A DNA stretch of 64,000 nucleotides, from contig OZ223300.1 in the NCBI GenBank assembly GCA_965140705.1, positions 608,001 to 672,000 of the forward strand, read 5' to 3'. Below, piece by piece: positions 1-9,408 of this stretch (the stretch's first letter is position 1; the number at the start of each line of letters is the position of its first letter). The translations under genes were made by a program, and so were the position numbers. The DNA comes from an uncultured Arcobacter sp. (lineage in GTDB: Bacteria > Campylobacterota > Campylobacteria > Campylobacterales > Arcobacteraceae). The notes beneath the pieces were generated by a model that did not search any database, was not told the DNA's origin, and was given only the letters and a program-made list of their open reading frames with translations.

Positions 1-253
1 CTCTTTTTCTTAAGTTTAAAAAAGATTTTTCAAATACTTGAAAAAGTAATAGGGCATTTTCTTCTAGTGTATCATTATATATTTTTGTTGTTTGAAGATA
101 ATCTCCCGCTTGAGATTGTAAATTTTTTTCTAAATCATTTATAATACTTGTTTTAATACTATTTGTCATCATAACAGTAAAAATAATCATTACTATTATA
201 AGAGTAATTCCAATTAAAATTGAAAACTTTTTATTTATTGAGTTATTAATCAT
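1..253 (-). CDS. 5' part of a membrane sensor, probably a Cache-domain methyl-accepting chemotaxis protein (runs off the window edge)
   Basis: ATG at 253 with AAGGA RBS; my translation MINNSINKKFSILIGITLIVMIIFTVMMT... shows an N-terminal TM helix then a helical periplasmic segment; not in the ORF track. Confidence 0.5.
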   Translation of the reverse strand, partial: MINNSINKKFSILIGITLIIVMIIFTVMMTNSIKTSIINDLEKNLQSQAGDYLQTTKIYNDTLEENALLLFQVFEKSFLNLRKR

Positions 254-410
254 TATATTCCTTATTTTGTATATTAAATTTTATAGTTAAAAAAGTTTTC
301 TTAAGAGTATTTATTTGTATTTAAACTAAGAATAGAATATTCTTTAGTTGTTTTAAGAAGATAATAGATAATCATTAGCATAATCCTAATATTGAAAACT
401 TAAAAAGTAG

Positions 411-1025
411 TTATGCCTTAATAATTAAAGCGCCACCAGCTGTAATCATTACACTACCAGCTGCAATATTCATTTTTCTTTTTGCACTTTTACTTTTAAA
501 TAAACTTCTTGCTCCACTTGCACTATAGGCATAAAAAAGTAAGACACAAGCAATTACAAGAGCCGTAACTAATGATATAATAACAATATCAAGTGTGCTT
601 AAAGTAGTTAAATTTACAAAAGTAGGTAAAAATCCTAAATAAAAAAGTATAACTTTTGGATTGCTTAGTGTTATTAAAAGTCCTGTTATAAAGTTCTTTT
701 TCCATGACAATTCATGTACGCCTTTTACATCGGTCTGCTTTTCCTTTGAAGTTAAAATTTTATAACCTAAGAAAAGAAGGTATATTCCACCTAAATATTT
801 TACAAGTATAAAAAAATCACCCATTACAGATGCAATTGCACTTAGTCCGAAAATTGCTGATAATAAAAAAATTAAATCACCAAGTATGATTCCAAATACT
901 ACAAAAGTAGCATTTGAAAAGCCTGAAGCTAATGCTCTAGAGACTGTAGCAAAGACTCCAGGTCCTGGAGTAATTGCCAATAAAAACATAGCTCCTGCAA
1001 ATGCAAATATATTTAATAGGCTCAT
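411..1025 (-). CDS. LysE/RhtB family amino-acid exporter
   Basis: TPGPG motif near the N-terminus, G-L-T-SNPK motif, hydrophobic 204 aa. Confidence 0.9.
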   Translation of the reverse strand: MSLLNIFAFAGAMFLLAITPGPGVFATVSRALASGFSNATFVVFGIILGDLIFLLSAIFGLSAIASVMGDFFILVKYLGGIYLLFLGYKILTSKEKQTDVKGVHELSWKKNFITGLLITLSNPKVILFYLGFLPTFVNLTTLSTLDIVIISLVTALVIACVLLFYAYSASGARSLFKSKSAKRKMNIAAGSVMITAGGALIIKA

Positions 1026-1037
1026 TTTTATCCTTTT

Positions 1038-1784
1038 TTAGTGATCTAAAATTTGCTCTAAAAACTGTTTTAATCTATCAGATTGAGGATTATCAAAAAA
1101 TTCAGTTGGAGTATTTTCTTCAACTATTTGTCCTGCATCCATAAATATAACTCTATCAGCAACTTTTTTTGCAAATCCCATCTCATGAGTTACACAAACC
1201 ATAGTAATCCCATCATCTGCAAGTTCTGTCATTACATCTAGAACTTCTCCAATCATTTCTGGATCTAGGGCAGAGGTTGGTTCATCAAATAACATTATGT
1301 CAGGATTAATGCATAAACATCTTGCTATTGCAACCCTTTGTTGTTGTCCACCAGATAATTGATTTGGATATTTATGCGCTTGTTCTGCAATTTTTACTCT
1401 TTCTAAGTAATGCATTGCTGTCTCTATTGCTTGTTTTCTTGGAGTTTTTGATACCCAAGTTGGAGCCAAAATAAGATTTTCTAAAATCGAAAGATGCGGG
1501 AAAAGATTAAAATGTTGGAATACCATTCCCACATGAGTTCTTATCTCTCTAATTCTTTTCACATCTTCTGTTAACTCTAATCCAGCAACATACATTTCAC
1601 CTTCTTGAAAGGCTTCTAGTCTATTCATACATCTAATTGTTGTAGATTTACCAGAACCAGAAGGTCCACAAATAACGATTCTCTCGCCTTTTTTTACTCT
1701 TAAATTAATGTCTTTTAGTACATGGAAATCTCCATACCATTTATTAACATTAGTCATCTCTATCATATAATCTAAATTACTCAT
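1038..1784 (-). CDS. aapP: Amino-acid ABC transporter ATP-binding subunit (AapP/BztD)
   Basis: Walker [17 protein letters not shown] signature, [10 protein letters not shown]; operon context. Confidence 0.9.
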   Translation of the reverse strand: MSNLDYMIEMTNVNKWYGDFHVLKDINLRVKKGERIVICGPSGSGKSTTIRCMNRLEAFQEGEMYVAGLELTEDVKRIREIRTHVGMVFQHFNLFPHLSILENLILAPTWVSKTPRKQAIETAMHYLERVKIAEQAHKYPNQLSGGQQQRVAIARCLCINPDIMLFDEPTSALDPEMIGEVLDVMTELADDGITMVCVTHEMGFAKKVADRVIFMDAGQIVEENTPTEFFDNPQSDRLKQFLEQILDH

Positions 1785-1799
1785 AATCTTTTCCTATTT

Positions 1800-2879
1800 T
1801 TATTTATGATCTGTATTAAATCTGTTTTCTACTGATTGTGCATATTTCGACATACTGAAACAGATTACCCAATAAATCATGGTTACAAAAACATAACCTT
1901 CAGTTTCAAATCCTAACCAATGTGGATCTGATGTTGTTAATGTTACCATTGCTAAAACATCAAATAATCCAATAATCAATACAAGTGTTGTATCTTTAAA
2001 TAAAGCAACAAATGATCCAACGATATTAGGAATTGATATTTTTAGTGCTTGGGGTAAAATAACTAGTCCCATTGCTTGCCAATATGAAAGCCCAATTGAA
2101 TCTGCTGCTTCATATTGTCCTTTAGGAATCGCTTGTAATCCACCTCTTACAACTTCTGCAAGATATGCAGCTTGGAAAAGAGTAACACCTATTAATGCCC
2201 TTAATAACTTATCAAAAGTTACACCTTCAGGGAAAAATAAAGGAAGAATTACAGATGACATGAATAATAGAGTAATTAAAGGTACACCTCTAATAAATTC
2301 AATATATAAAATACTTATGGTTTTTATAATAGGCATTTTAGATTGTCGTCCAAGGGCAAATATAATACCTATAGGAAAAGAGACTACGATACCAACTGAT
2401 GCTACAACTATAGTAAGCATCAATCCACCCCATTTCGTTGTTGGAACAACTTCTAATCCTAATCCACCATGAATTAAGATAAATGAAACAATAGGGAATA
2501 AAATAAGTATAGCTGCTCTTACTTTTATGTGTTTAATTTTTCTAAATACTATTATTGAAGCTACAAATAAACCTAAAATAAGATTAGGTCTCCAGTATAA
2601 GTTTTCTGGATAAAAACCATACATAAATTGATCGAATTTTTCATAAATAAAAATCCATCTTGCACCATGTTTTGTTATCTCTTCTTTTGTACCAGTCCAT
2701 GTTGCATCAAAAATCATCCAATTTAATAATGGTGGAATGATGTAATAAAGTAATACAAGAGATAAAATAGTTAAAATTGAACTAACTGGTGATGGAAAAA
2801 GATTCTCTTTTATCCACTTAATAGGTCCACTTACTCCTAAAGGAGCTGGTCTTGTTTCTAGTTTTTCATAAATTGCCAT
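1800..2879 (-). CDS. aapM: Amino-acid ABC permease (AapM/BztC)
   Basis: EFIRGVPLI and AEVVRGGLQAIPKGQYEAA (EAA loop). Confidence 0.88.
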   Translation of the reverse strand: MAIYEKLETRPAPLGVSGPIKWIKENLFPSPVSSILTILSLVLLYYIIPPLLNWMIFDATWTGTKEEITKHGARWIFIYEKFDQFMYGFYPENLYWRPNLILGLFVASIIVFRKIKHIKVRAAILILFPIVSFILIHGGLGLEVVPTTKWGGLMLTIVVASVGIVVSFPIGIIFALGRQSKMPIIKTISILYIEFIRGVPLITLLFMSSVILPLFFPEGVTFDKLLRALIGVTLFQAAYLAEVVRGGLQAIPKGQYEAADSIGLSYWQAMGLVILPQALKISIPNIVGSFVALFKDTTLVLIIGLFDVLAMVTLTTSDPHWLGFETEGYVFVTMIYWVICFSMSKYAQSVENRFNTDHK

Positions 2880-4060
2880 TATCTCTCCTTTATTTGTATT
2901 TTTGCATTAATAAAATTCATAATAATAGATATGAATATACTAATTGATAAATATACAGCCATTGTCATTAAGATTATTTCTATAGCTTGCCCAACTTGAT
3001 TTAATGCAGTTCCTGCAAATAATGTTACAAGTTCTGGATATCCAATTGCTGTTGCAAGTGATGAGTTTTTCATTAAATTTAAATATTGATTAATAACTGG
3101 AGGAATAATAACTCTTAATGCTTGAGGCAGTACAACTTTTCTTAGGATAATATGATTTTTTAATCCTAAGGAATTTGCTGCTTCTTTTTGTCCTTTTGGA
3201 ACAGCTTCAATACCTGCTCTTACAGCTTCTGCAATATATGTAGCTGGATAAATACTAAGTGCAAAAGATAAAGCTAAAAGTTCAGGAGTAAGTGTCCAAC
3301 CTCCAACAAAGTTGAATCCTTTTAGTTGTGCATATTCTAATGTTGCAGGAGAACCACTAACAAAATAAACTAAAACTGGACTAGCTATTAAAATAACTAA
3401 AGAAGTCCAAAAAACTGGAAACTCTTCACCTGTTTCATCATGTTTTTTCTTTGCCCATTTTGCAAGATAAATAACCGCTGCAATTGCAATAAAAAATGCA
3501 ATAATAACAGATATAAAACCACTTTCTAAAATGGGTCTAGGGATATATAATCCTCTATTATTTAAGAAAAAAGCATCCATGTAAGACATTGATTGTCTGG
3601 GACTTGGGAGTGCGGCTAATACAACATTATACCAAAATAGTATTTGTAAGAGTATTGGAATATTTCTAAATGTTTCTACATATACTAAACATAGTTTAGA
3701 AATCATAAAGTTTTTTGATAATCTACCAATTCCAATTAACAATCCAATGATTGTAGAGAAGAAAATACCAATTCCTGAAACTAAAAGTGTATTTAAAATA
3801 CCTATGATAAATACTCTTAGATATGTATCTGATTCTGTATATGGAATTAGTGTTGATATGATACCAAACCCAGCTTCATTACCTAAAAAGTCAAATCCTG
3901 TATTAATCCCACGTTTTTCAATGTTAATAAACATATTGTGTAAGACATAATATGTAAATAGAAAAATAGCAGCAAGAGCTAATATTTGATAAATAATTGC
4001 TCTAATTTTTGGGTTATTGTAAAAAGCGACGCCTTTTACCATTTTTTTGTGTTCTTTCAT
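2879..4060 (-). CDS. aapQ: Amino-acid ABC permease (AapQ/BztB)
   Basis: GFDFL..AGF, FRNIPILLQ, AEAVRAGI...GQKEAA, KNSSLA. Confidence 0.88.
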   Translation of the reverse strand: MKEHKKMVKGVAFYNNPKIRAIIYQILALAAIFLFTYYVLHNMFINIEKRGINTGFDFLGNEAGFGIISTLIPYTESDTYLRVFIIGILNTLLVSGIGIFFSTIIGLLIGIGRLSKNFMISKLCLVYVETFRNIPILLQILFWYNVVLAALPSPRQSMSYMDAFFLNNRGLYIPRPILESGFISVIIAFFIAIAAVIYLAKWAKKKHDETGEEFPVFWTSLVILIASPVLVYFVSGSPATLEYAQLKGFNFVGGWTLTPELLALSFALSIYPATYIAEAVRAGIEAVPKGQKEAANSLGLKNHIILRKVVLPQALRVIIPPVINQYLNLMKNSSLATAIGYPELVTLFAGTALNQVGQAIEIILMTMAVYLSISIFISIIMNFINAKIQIKER

Positions 4061-4077
4061 TCTTTCACCTTATAATT

Positions 4078-4108
4078 AAAAAAGGGGAAGTTTTTCTTCC
4101 CCTTTTTT
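4078..4108 (-). terminator. Intercistronic hairpin between aapJ and aapQ (partial terminator or mRNA stabiliser)
   Basis: aaaaaaggggaag-ttttt-cttcccctttttt perfect inverted repeat. Confidence 0.75.
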
Positions 4109-4144
4109 GCTATTAAATAATTTTTTAAGTGTAAATACTTATTA

Positions 4145-5161
4145 TTATCTAATAGGTGCCCCATATTGTAGCCCACCATTTTTCCATAGTGCATTTAATC
4201 CTCTTTCAATTTTTAAAGGAGAACTTTGACCAACATTTCTTTCGAATGACTCACCATAATTTCCAACTTGTTTGATTATGTTATATGCCCATTTTGGATC
4301 TAATCCTAAGTTTTTACCAATATCACCAGTAACACCTAATAATCTTTGGATATTTGGATTTGTACTTTTTAACATTTCATCTACATTTTTAGAATTAACA
4401 CCTAAGTCTTCTGCATTTAACATTGCAATTTCAGTCCATTTAACGATATTGAACCATTTATCATCACCTTGTCTTACAACTGGACCTAAAGGCTCTTTTG
4501 AAATAATTTCAGGAAGTACTATTGCAGAACTTGGATTTTTTAATTGAGTTCTTAATGCGTATAATTGAGATGAATCAGAAGTTAAAGCATCACATCTACC
4601 TTCTTCAAAACCTTGAATTGTTTGTGCTGATGTATCATAAGTAATTGGAGTATATTTCATGTTATGTGATTTGAAGTAATCTGTTAAATTAAGCTCAGTC
4701 GTTGTACCAGCTTGGATACAAAAAGTTGCTCCATCTAATTCTTTTGCAGATTTAACACCCAATTTTTTTGATACTAGGAAACCTTGACCATCATAGTAAT
4801 TTACACCTGTAAAGTTTAAACCTAATGAAGTATCTCTTGTAGCTGTCCAAGTAGTATTTCTAGCTAGTACATCAATTTCACCACTTTGTAGTGCAGTAAA
4901 TCTCTCTTTTGCATTTAAATGAGCATATTTAACTTTTGTTGCATCACCTAATACAGCAGCAGCAACTGCTCTACAAACATCAACATCAATACCTTTCCAA
5001 ACCCCATTTGAATCAGGAGCAGCAAAACCTGGAAGACCAGTGTTTAAACCACAACTTAATTTCCCATTTTTGATAGTAGTATCTAATGTATCTGCAGATG
5101 ATACAGTCGATGCAATCGCTAGTGCTGCAACACTTAAAGATAGTGTCTTTAATAGTTTCAT
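4145..5161 (-). CDS. aapJ: General L-amino-acid ABC substrate-binding protein (AapJ/BztA)
   Basis: Signal peptide, RFTALQSGEIDVL, ISKEPLGP, GNYGE..ERN, GLN.LW..GG. Confidence 0.92.
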   Translation of the reverse strand: MKLLKTLSLSVAALAIASTVSSADTLDTTIKNGKLSCGLNTGLPGFAAPDSNGVWKGIDVDVCRAVAAAVLGDATKVKYAHLNAKERFTALQSGEIDVLARNTTWTATRDTSLGLNFTGVNYYDGQGFLVSKKLGVKSAKELDGATFCIQAGTTTELNLTDYFKSHNMKYTPITYDTSAQTIQGFEEGRCDALTSDSSQLYALRTQLKNPSSAIVLPEIISKEPLGPVVRQGDDKWFNIVKWTEIAMLNAEDLGVNSKNVDEMLKSTNPNIQRLLGVTGDIGKNLGLDPKWAYNIIKQVGNYGESFERNVGQSSPLKIERGLNALWKNGGLQYGAPIR

Positions 5162-5369
5162 TTTTAATCCTTTTGTTTAGTGTAAATTGAAATTTAATTC
5201 ATAAAAAATTTTACTAGAATTGAATAGCAATAGAGTAGCAAAGCTGTATATTTTTTAACCACTTTTAATAATTTGTTAAGTTTTTTAATTTTATTTAAAA
5301 TAAATATCTGTGAAAAATGGTTTTATTTTAGTAAGTTTAGAAGAAATGAGAAGATAAAAAGTAGTAAAT

Positions 5370-5753
5370 TTACTTTTTATCTTCTAAATGTTTTGAGAAA
5401 CTATATAAGTCTTTTTTCTTTAAATCTCCATTATAAACAATTTCATTTGGATTAATATTGTCATCTTTTAATATATTTGGAACAGCATCCGCATTATTTA
5501 GAACTTTTATATTTTCATCTAGCTCATCTTCACTATAAGCCATTTGCATATCAGCACTTATGACATGAGGAATTGCTTCTATTACTCTTAACTTTTCTAA
5601 CTCCTCTTTTACACTATTACCTTCAATAGTGATGATAACTCTTCCTTTTTCATCATGCATATGATAATCACAAGCTTTACAGTTTTTTAAATCCTCTATG
5701 ACTTGCTCTAAATATTTTGGTAGTGTTTGAACTACTATACTTGAAATGTTCAT
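5370..5753 (-). CDS. napD: Nitrate reductase chaperone NapD
   Basis: MNISSIVV...GRVIITIEG; last gene of the nap operon. Confidence 0.88.
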   Translation of the reverse strand: MNISSIVVQTLPKYLEQVIEDLKNCKACDYHMHDEKGRVIITIEGNSVKEELEKLRVIEAIPHVISADMQMAYSEDELDENIKVLNNADAVPNILKDDNINPNEIVYNGDLKKKDLYSFSKHLEDKK

Positions 5754-5754
5754 T

Positions 5755-6705
5755 TTATTCCTTTATTTTGTAATAGTTTATTTTATCATCGTCACTTGCT
5801 ACTAAAATTTTATTATCATTTATAAATAAAATTTTACTAAGTGTCATTTTATTTTCTTTTAATTGATATAAATCTTTTTTTGATGAAGTGTCAAAAATAG
5901 CTACATCATTGTTTTCATTAGATGAATAAGCTGCTAATTTTCCATTTGAGTTTAAAGCACAAGAATATATCAAAAAATTTGATTCTTTATAATATGTATC
6001 ATTTTTTGAATAAAATACAGCTCTTCTATCTTGTCCTGCTGTTATTATTTTGCCATTTTTATAATCTACTTGAAAGACATTATCTAAATTTTTGCCTTTA
6101 TAAGTTTTTACTAAATCTCCTGTTTTTACACTACATAGTTTTAAGTTTCCACTTTCATCTGCAATTAAAATCTCCTTTTTATTTTTACTTAGTGAAAAAT
6201 AAGAAAATCTTGATTGACTTATTTGTTTATTGTATATAATTTTTTTCTTATTCATATTATATAAGAGTAATTCATTACTTAAAAGTGAAAATATAATTTC
6301 TTTTTCGTTTATAAATTTAGCCTGTGCAATAAACAAATGCTTTTCATCAGAAATGATATTTCTCAGTTCCCCATTTTCGAAGATGTCAATTTTTCTTGCA
6401 CCTTTTTTCCCTTGGGATAAAATTAAAACTTTATTGTTTAATACATCAATAGAGTATATTTTACTATTACTAATTTCTCCCATAAAGTTTTTTATTTGTG
6501 GAATTGTGATATTTGAAATTGGTTTGAAATTTTTTAAGTTAAAGATATTTATTATCCCAGCATTTGTTGAAACAAATAATTTATTATCATTTATTACTAA
6601 ATCAGTTGCTCCAGCACTTATATTCAGTGTTTTTGTTGGCATTATTTCCTTTGCATTTAAAAAAGATATCATAAAAAGTATAAGTAAAATTCTTAGAGTA
6701 TTCAT
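5755..6705 (-). CDS. napL: NapL beta-propeller (WD40-like) protein; start reassigned to the ATG at 6705
   Basis: WD40-like repeats, signal-like N-terminus MNTLRILLILF, position between napF and napD. Confidence 0.8.
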   Translation of the reverse strand: MNTLRILLILFMISFLNAKEIMPTKTLNISAGATDLVINDNKLFVSTNAGIINIFNLKNFKPISNITIPQIKNFMGEISNSKIYSIDVLNNKVLILSQGKKGARKIDIFENGELRNIISDEKHLFIAQAKFINEKEIIFSLLSNELLLYNMNKKKIIYNKQISQSRFSYFSLSKNKKEILIADESGNLKLCSVKTGDLVKTYKGKNLDNVFQVDYKNGKIITAGQDRRAVFYSKNDTYYKESNFLIYSCALNSNGKLAAYSSNENNDVAIFDTSSKKDLYQLKENKMTLSKILFINDNKILVASDDDKINYYKIKE

Positions 6706-6707
6706 TC

Positions 6708-7184
6708 TTATCCTATTTTTATCGCATTTGTTGGGCAAACTTTTAAACAAAATCCACAAGAAGTACAATTTTCATTTATTTGGGGTCTAAACATTCCTAA
6801 AAATTTTATAGCATCATCAAGACAAGGGTCTTTGCAAGAAAAACACATGGTTTGATTCCAACTTAGACATTCTAAAATATTTATTTCTATTTTTGCAGAG
6901 ATGTCTTTTTTGTATTCGAGTTTTAAAACTTCACTTGGACAAATTTTTGCACATTCATCACAAAAAGTACAACCACTATTTTCAAAATCTAGTTTTGGAG
7001 TCTTATCTTTTTGTATTACTATTATATTTACTTCACAAGAGTTGGCACATAATCCTTCACATTTAATACACTCACTTAAAAAGAGTGCTTCATTATTATA
7101 ATATGGTGGACGAATTACTTTCTCTTGCTTTTCATTATTTTTAAATGATGAAGCAAGAGAGCTAAATAGCTCTCTTCTTTTCAT
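6708..7184 (-). CDS. napF: Ferredoxin-type protein NapF
   Basis: RRELF, RPPY, several CxxCxxCxxxCP clusters. Confidence 0.88.
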   Translation of the reverse strand: MKRRELFSSLASSFKNNEKQEKVIRPPYYNNEALFLSECIKCEGLCANSCEVNIIVIQKDKTPKLDFENSGCTFCDECAKICPSEVLKLEYKKDISAKIEINILECLSWNQTMCFSCKDPCLDDAIKFLGMFRPQINENCTSCGFCLKVCPTNAIKIG

Positions 7185-7187
7185 AAT

Positions 7188-7796
7188 TTATTTTACACCT
7201 TCATCTATATTTTTGATTAGATTTGATGAATTTTTTTCACCTTTTTCTCTAAAGTCTGCTTTGAAGTTATTTCCAACAACTAATTTTGTATCTGATTGAG
7301 GAACATGGCATTGGCTACAGTTAAATCTTGCTCCTGCTAAATGTCCTAAGCTTTTTTGTGCTGGAAGTTTCAAATCACTTGTATTTACAATTATTTTACC
7401 ATCTTTTTCAATTCTACCACTTTGAGATAAAGAAGTTTTAGGTCTAAAATCTATAAGGTGTGTTTTTGGTACAGGAACTGCTCCCATAGAAGCAGCAACT
7501 GCTGGATCATGACACATAATACATTGATTATTATTTATAGTTATTGGTAACATTCCTTCCACATCATGGGGAATCATAGGTGGAGCATTTTCAAATGCTC
7601 TATCAATTTTTGTTGATGTTCCAGCTGGGGTTTTTGTATAATCCGTTTTGTCTGGAACAGTACTCTTTTCAGTATAAATATCTGCTTTTCTCAATCCTAA
7701 AGACTCTTCTGAATAAGTTTTTTGAGCAATAGCACAACCTGTAACAAATATCGCAGTTATTGTTGCTAATCCTAAAGTTATTTTAGTAATTTTCAT
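7188..7796 (-). CDS. napB: Diheme cytochrome c subunit NapB (start at MKITK)
   Basis: APPMIPH, CIMCH and CSQCHVPQ heme motifs. Confidence 0.93.
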   Translation of the reverse strand: MKITKITLGLATITAIFVTGCAIAQKTYSEESLGLRKADIYTEKSTVPDKTDYTKTPAGTSTKIDRAFENAPPMIPHDVEGMLPITINNNQCIMCHDPAVAASMGAVPVPKTHLIDFRPKTSLSQSGRIEKDGKIIVNTSDLKLPAQKSLGHLAGARFNCSQCHVPQSDTKLVVGNNFKADFREKGEKNSSNLIKNIDEGVK

Positions 7797-8622
7797 TTTT
7801 TTTCTCCTGTTTTTTTGCAAATCTATTGATTATTGAAAAATTTAAAGCCTCATCTTCACAAACTTCAATACATCTAGCACAATTAGTACACTCACCTGAA
7901 AGAACTGGAAGTGATTCTTTTCCTATCATTGATAAAACCTGATTCTCATGGCATACTTCTTTACACTTCATACATTCAGTGCATTTAATATGGTTATGAG
8001 TAACTCTTAAAAAGCTATATTTACCTACAAGTGAATAAAATCCACCAAGAGGACAAATATGACCACACCATCCATTTTTTAAAACAAAAAGGTCAAAAAG
8101 AAAAATGATAAGTATCGCAGCCCAACCAAATCCAAGGCCAAAAACTAAACCTCTATGAACCATAGATATAGGTGAAATAAATTCAAAAGCACTTACACCT
8201 AAGATAGTTGATAGTATTAAACTTAGAGCTAAAACCCAATATCTAATATTTCTACTTGCAGGTTGTTTTTTTTGTATGGTGTCAAATCTTAATTTTCTTC
8301 TAATAAATGAACTTAAATCAGTTATTATATTAATAGGACAAACCCATGAACAAAAAACTCTTCCTCCAATAAAAAAATAAAACAGTGTTATAATAGTTGC
8401 ACCTATAATTATATTTGTTGAAATTAAAGCACCTGCAAAAATCATTTGTAAAACAGCAAGTGGATCACTTAAAGGAATTGTTCCAAATATTAAAGATGAA
8501 CTTAAATTACCTTGTAAAATAGTTAGTCCATAAATATTTGCAAGAATATATAAAGTCATAATTGATATTTGACTTACTCTTCTTAAAATAAGATATCGGT
8601 TTTTTAAAATCATTTTAATCAT
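7783..8622 (-). CDS. napH: Quinol dehydrogenase membrane subunit NapH
   Basis: GRVFCSWVCP, GWCGHICPLG, C-terminal Fe-S motifs; start could be 8613. Confidence 0.93.
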   Translation of the reverse strand: MIKMILKNRYLILRRVSQISIMTLYILANIYGLTILQGNLSSSLIFGTIPLSDPLAVLQMIFAGALISTNIIIGATIITLFYFFIGGRVFCSWVCPINIITDLSSFIRRKLRFDTIQKKQPASRNIRYWVLALSLILSTILGVSAFEFISPISMVHRGLVFGLGFGWAAILIIFLFDLFVLKNGWCGHICPLGGFYSLVGKYSFLRVTHNHIKCTECMKCKEVCHENQVLSMIGKESLPVLSGECTNCARCIEVCEDEALNFSIINRFAKKQEKKNENY

Positions 8623-9397
8623 CTAATAAATCCCCCATATCATTTAAAGAATCAATTGCCTTATCTTTACTTATTTTTGTTGTTGTTTTAATCTCTTTTG
8701 CATTTTTAACTCTTCTTTGATCTTTTTCATCCCAACCTTTTACATAATAATCGCCTGCTTTTCCTAAAGCAACTTCTCTGGGTAGAACAAAAATTGAAGC
8801 TTTTTGTGTAACACATGCTCTTTCACACAAGCCACATCCAGTACAAACATCTGTATGAACAACTGGTTTCATAAAAGAGTGTTTTCCTGTTCTCTCATTT
8901 TTTTCATACTCAATAGTAATAGCTTGACCTAATATTGGGCAGGCTCTATAACATGCATCACATTGTATACCCCAAAAAGCAATACAGCTTTGGCTATCCA
9001 CAATGGCAACACCCATTTGTGCACTATTGATATTCAGTTTTCCATTTGTAGTAACTAATTTTTCATCTAAGGCATTAGTTGGACAAACAGGAACACATGG
9101 GATATCTATACACATATAACAAGGTATTTCCCTTGGGTTAAAAAATGGTGTTCCAAGAGGTTTATTATCTCCTGGCTTTGCTAGTTTTAGAGTATCAAAA
9201 GGGCATGCTTCAACGCACAATCCACATTTGATACATGTTGATAAAAAATCTTTTTCTTTTAATGCACCTGGTGGTCTAAGTATTAATTTAGAGGCAGTTA
9301 ATTCATCAACATAAGCACTCCAAATTAAACCACTAAGGCATACAAGACCCACAGTTCTTGCACTTTTTAAAAGAAATTCTCTTCTATCATTATTCAT
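8615..9397 (-). CDS. napG: Ferredoxin-type protein NapG
   Basis: Tat RREF, LRPPGA, four Fe-S cluster motifs. Confidence 0.93.
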   Translation of the reverse strand: MNNDRREFLLKSARTVGLVCLSGLIWSAYVDELTASKLILRPPGALKEKDFLSTCIKCGLCVEACPFDTLKLAKPGDNKPLGTPFFNPREIPCYMCIDIPCVPVCPTNALDEKLVTTNGKLNINSAQMGVAIVDSQSCIAFWGIQCDACYRACPILGQAITIEYEKNERTGKHSFMKPVVHTDVCTGCGLCERACVTQKASIFVLPREVALGKAGDYYVKGWDEKDQRRVKNAKEIKTTTKISKDKAIDSLNDMGDLLDD

Positions 9398-9408
9398 TTT
9401 TTCTTCTT

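Noticed and set aside
6706..6768. Longer napL start given by the ORF track
   Set aside because: It overlaps napF; the ATG at 6705 gives a signal-peptide-like N-terminus.
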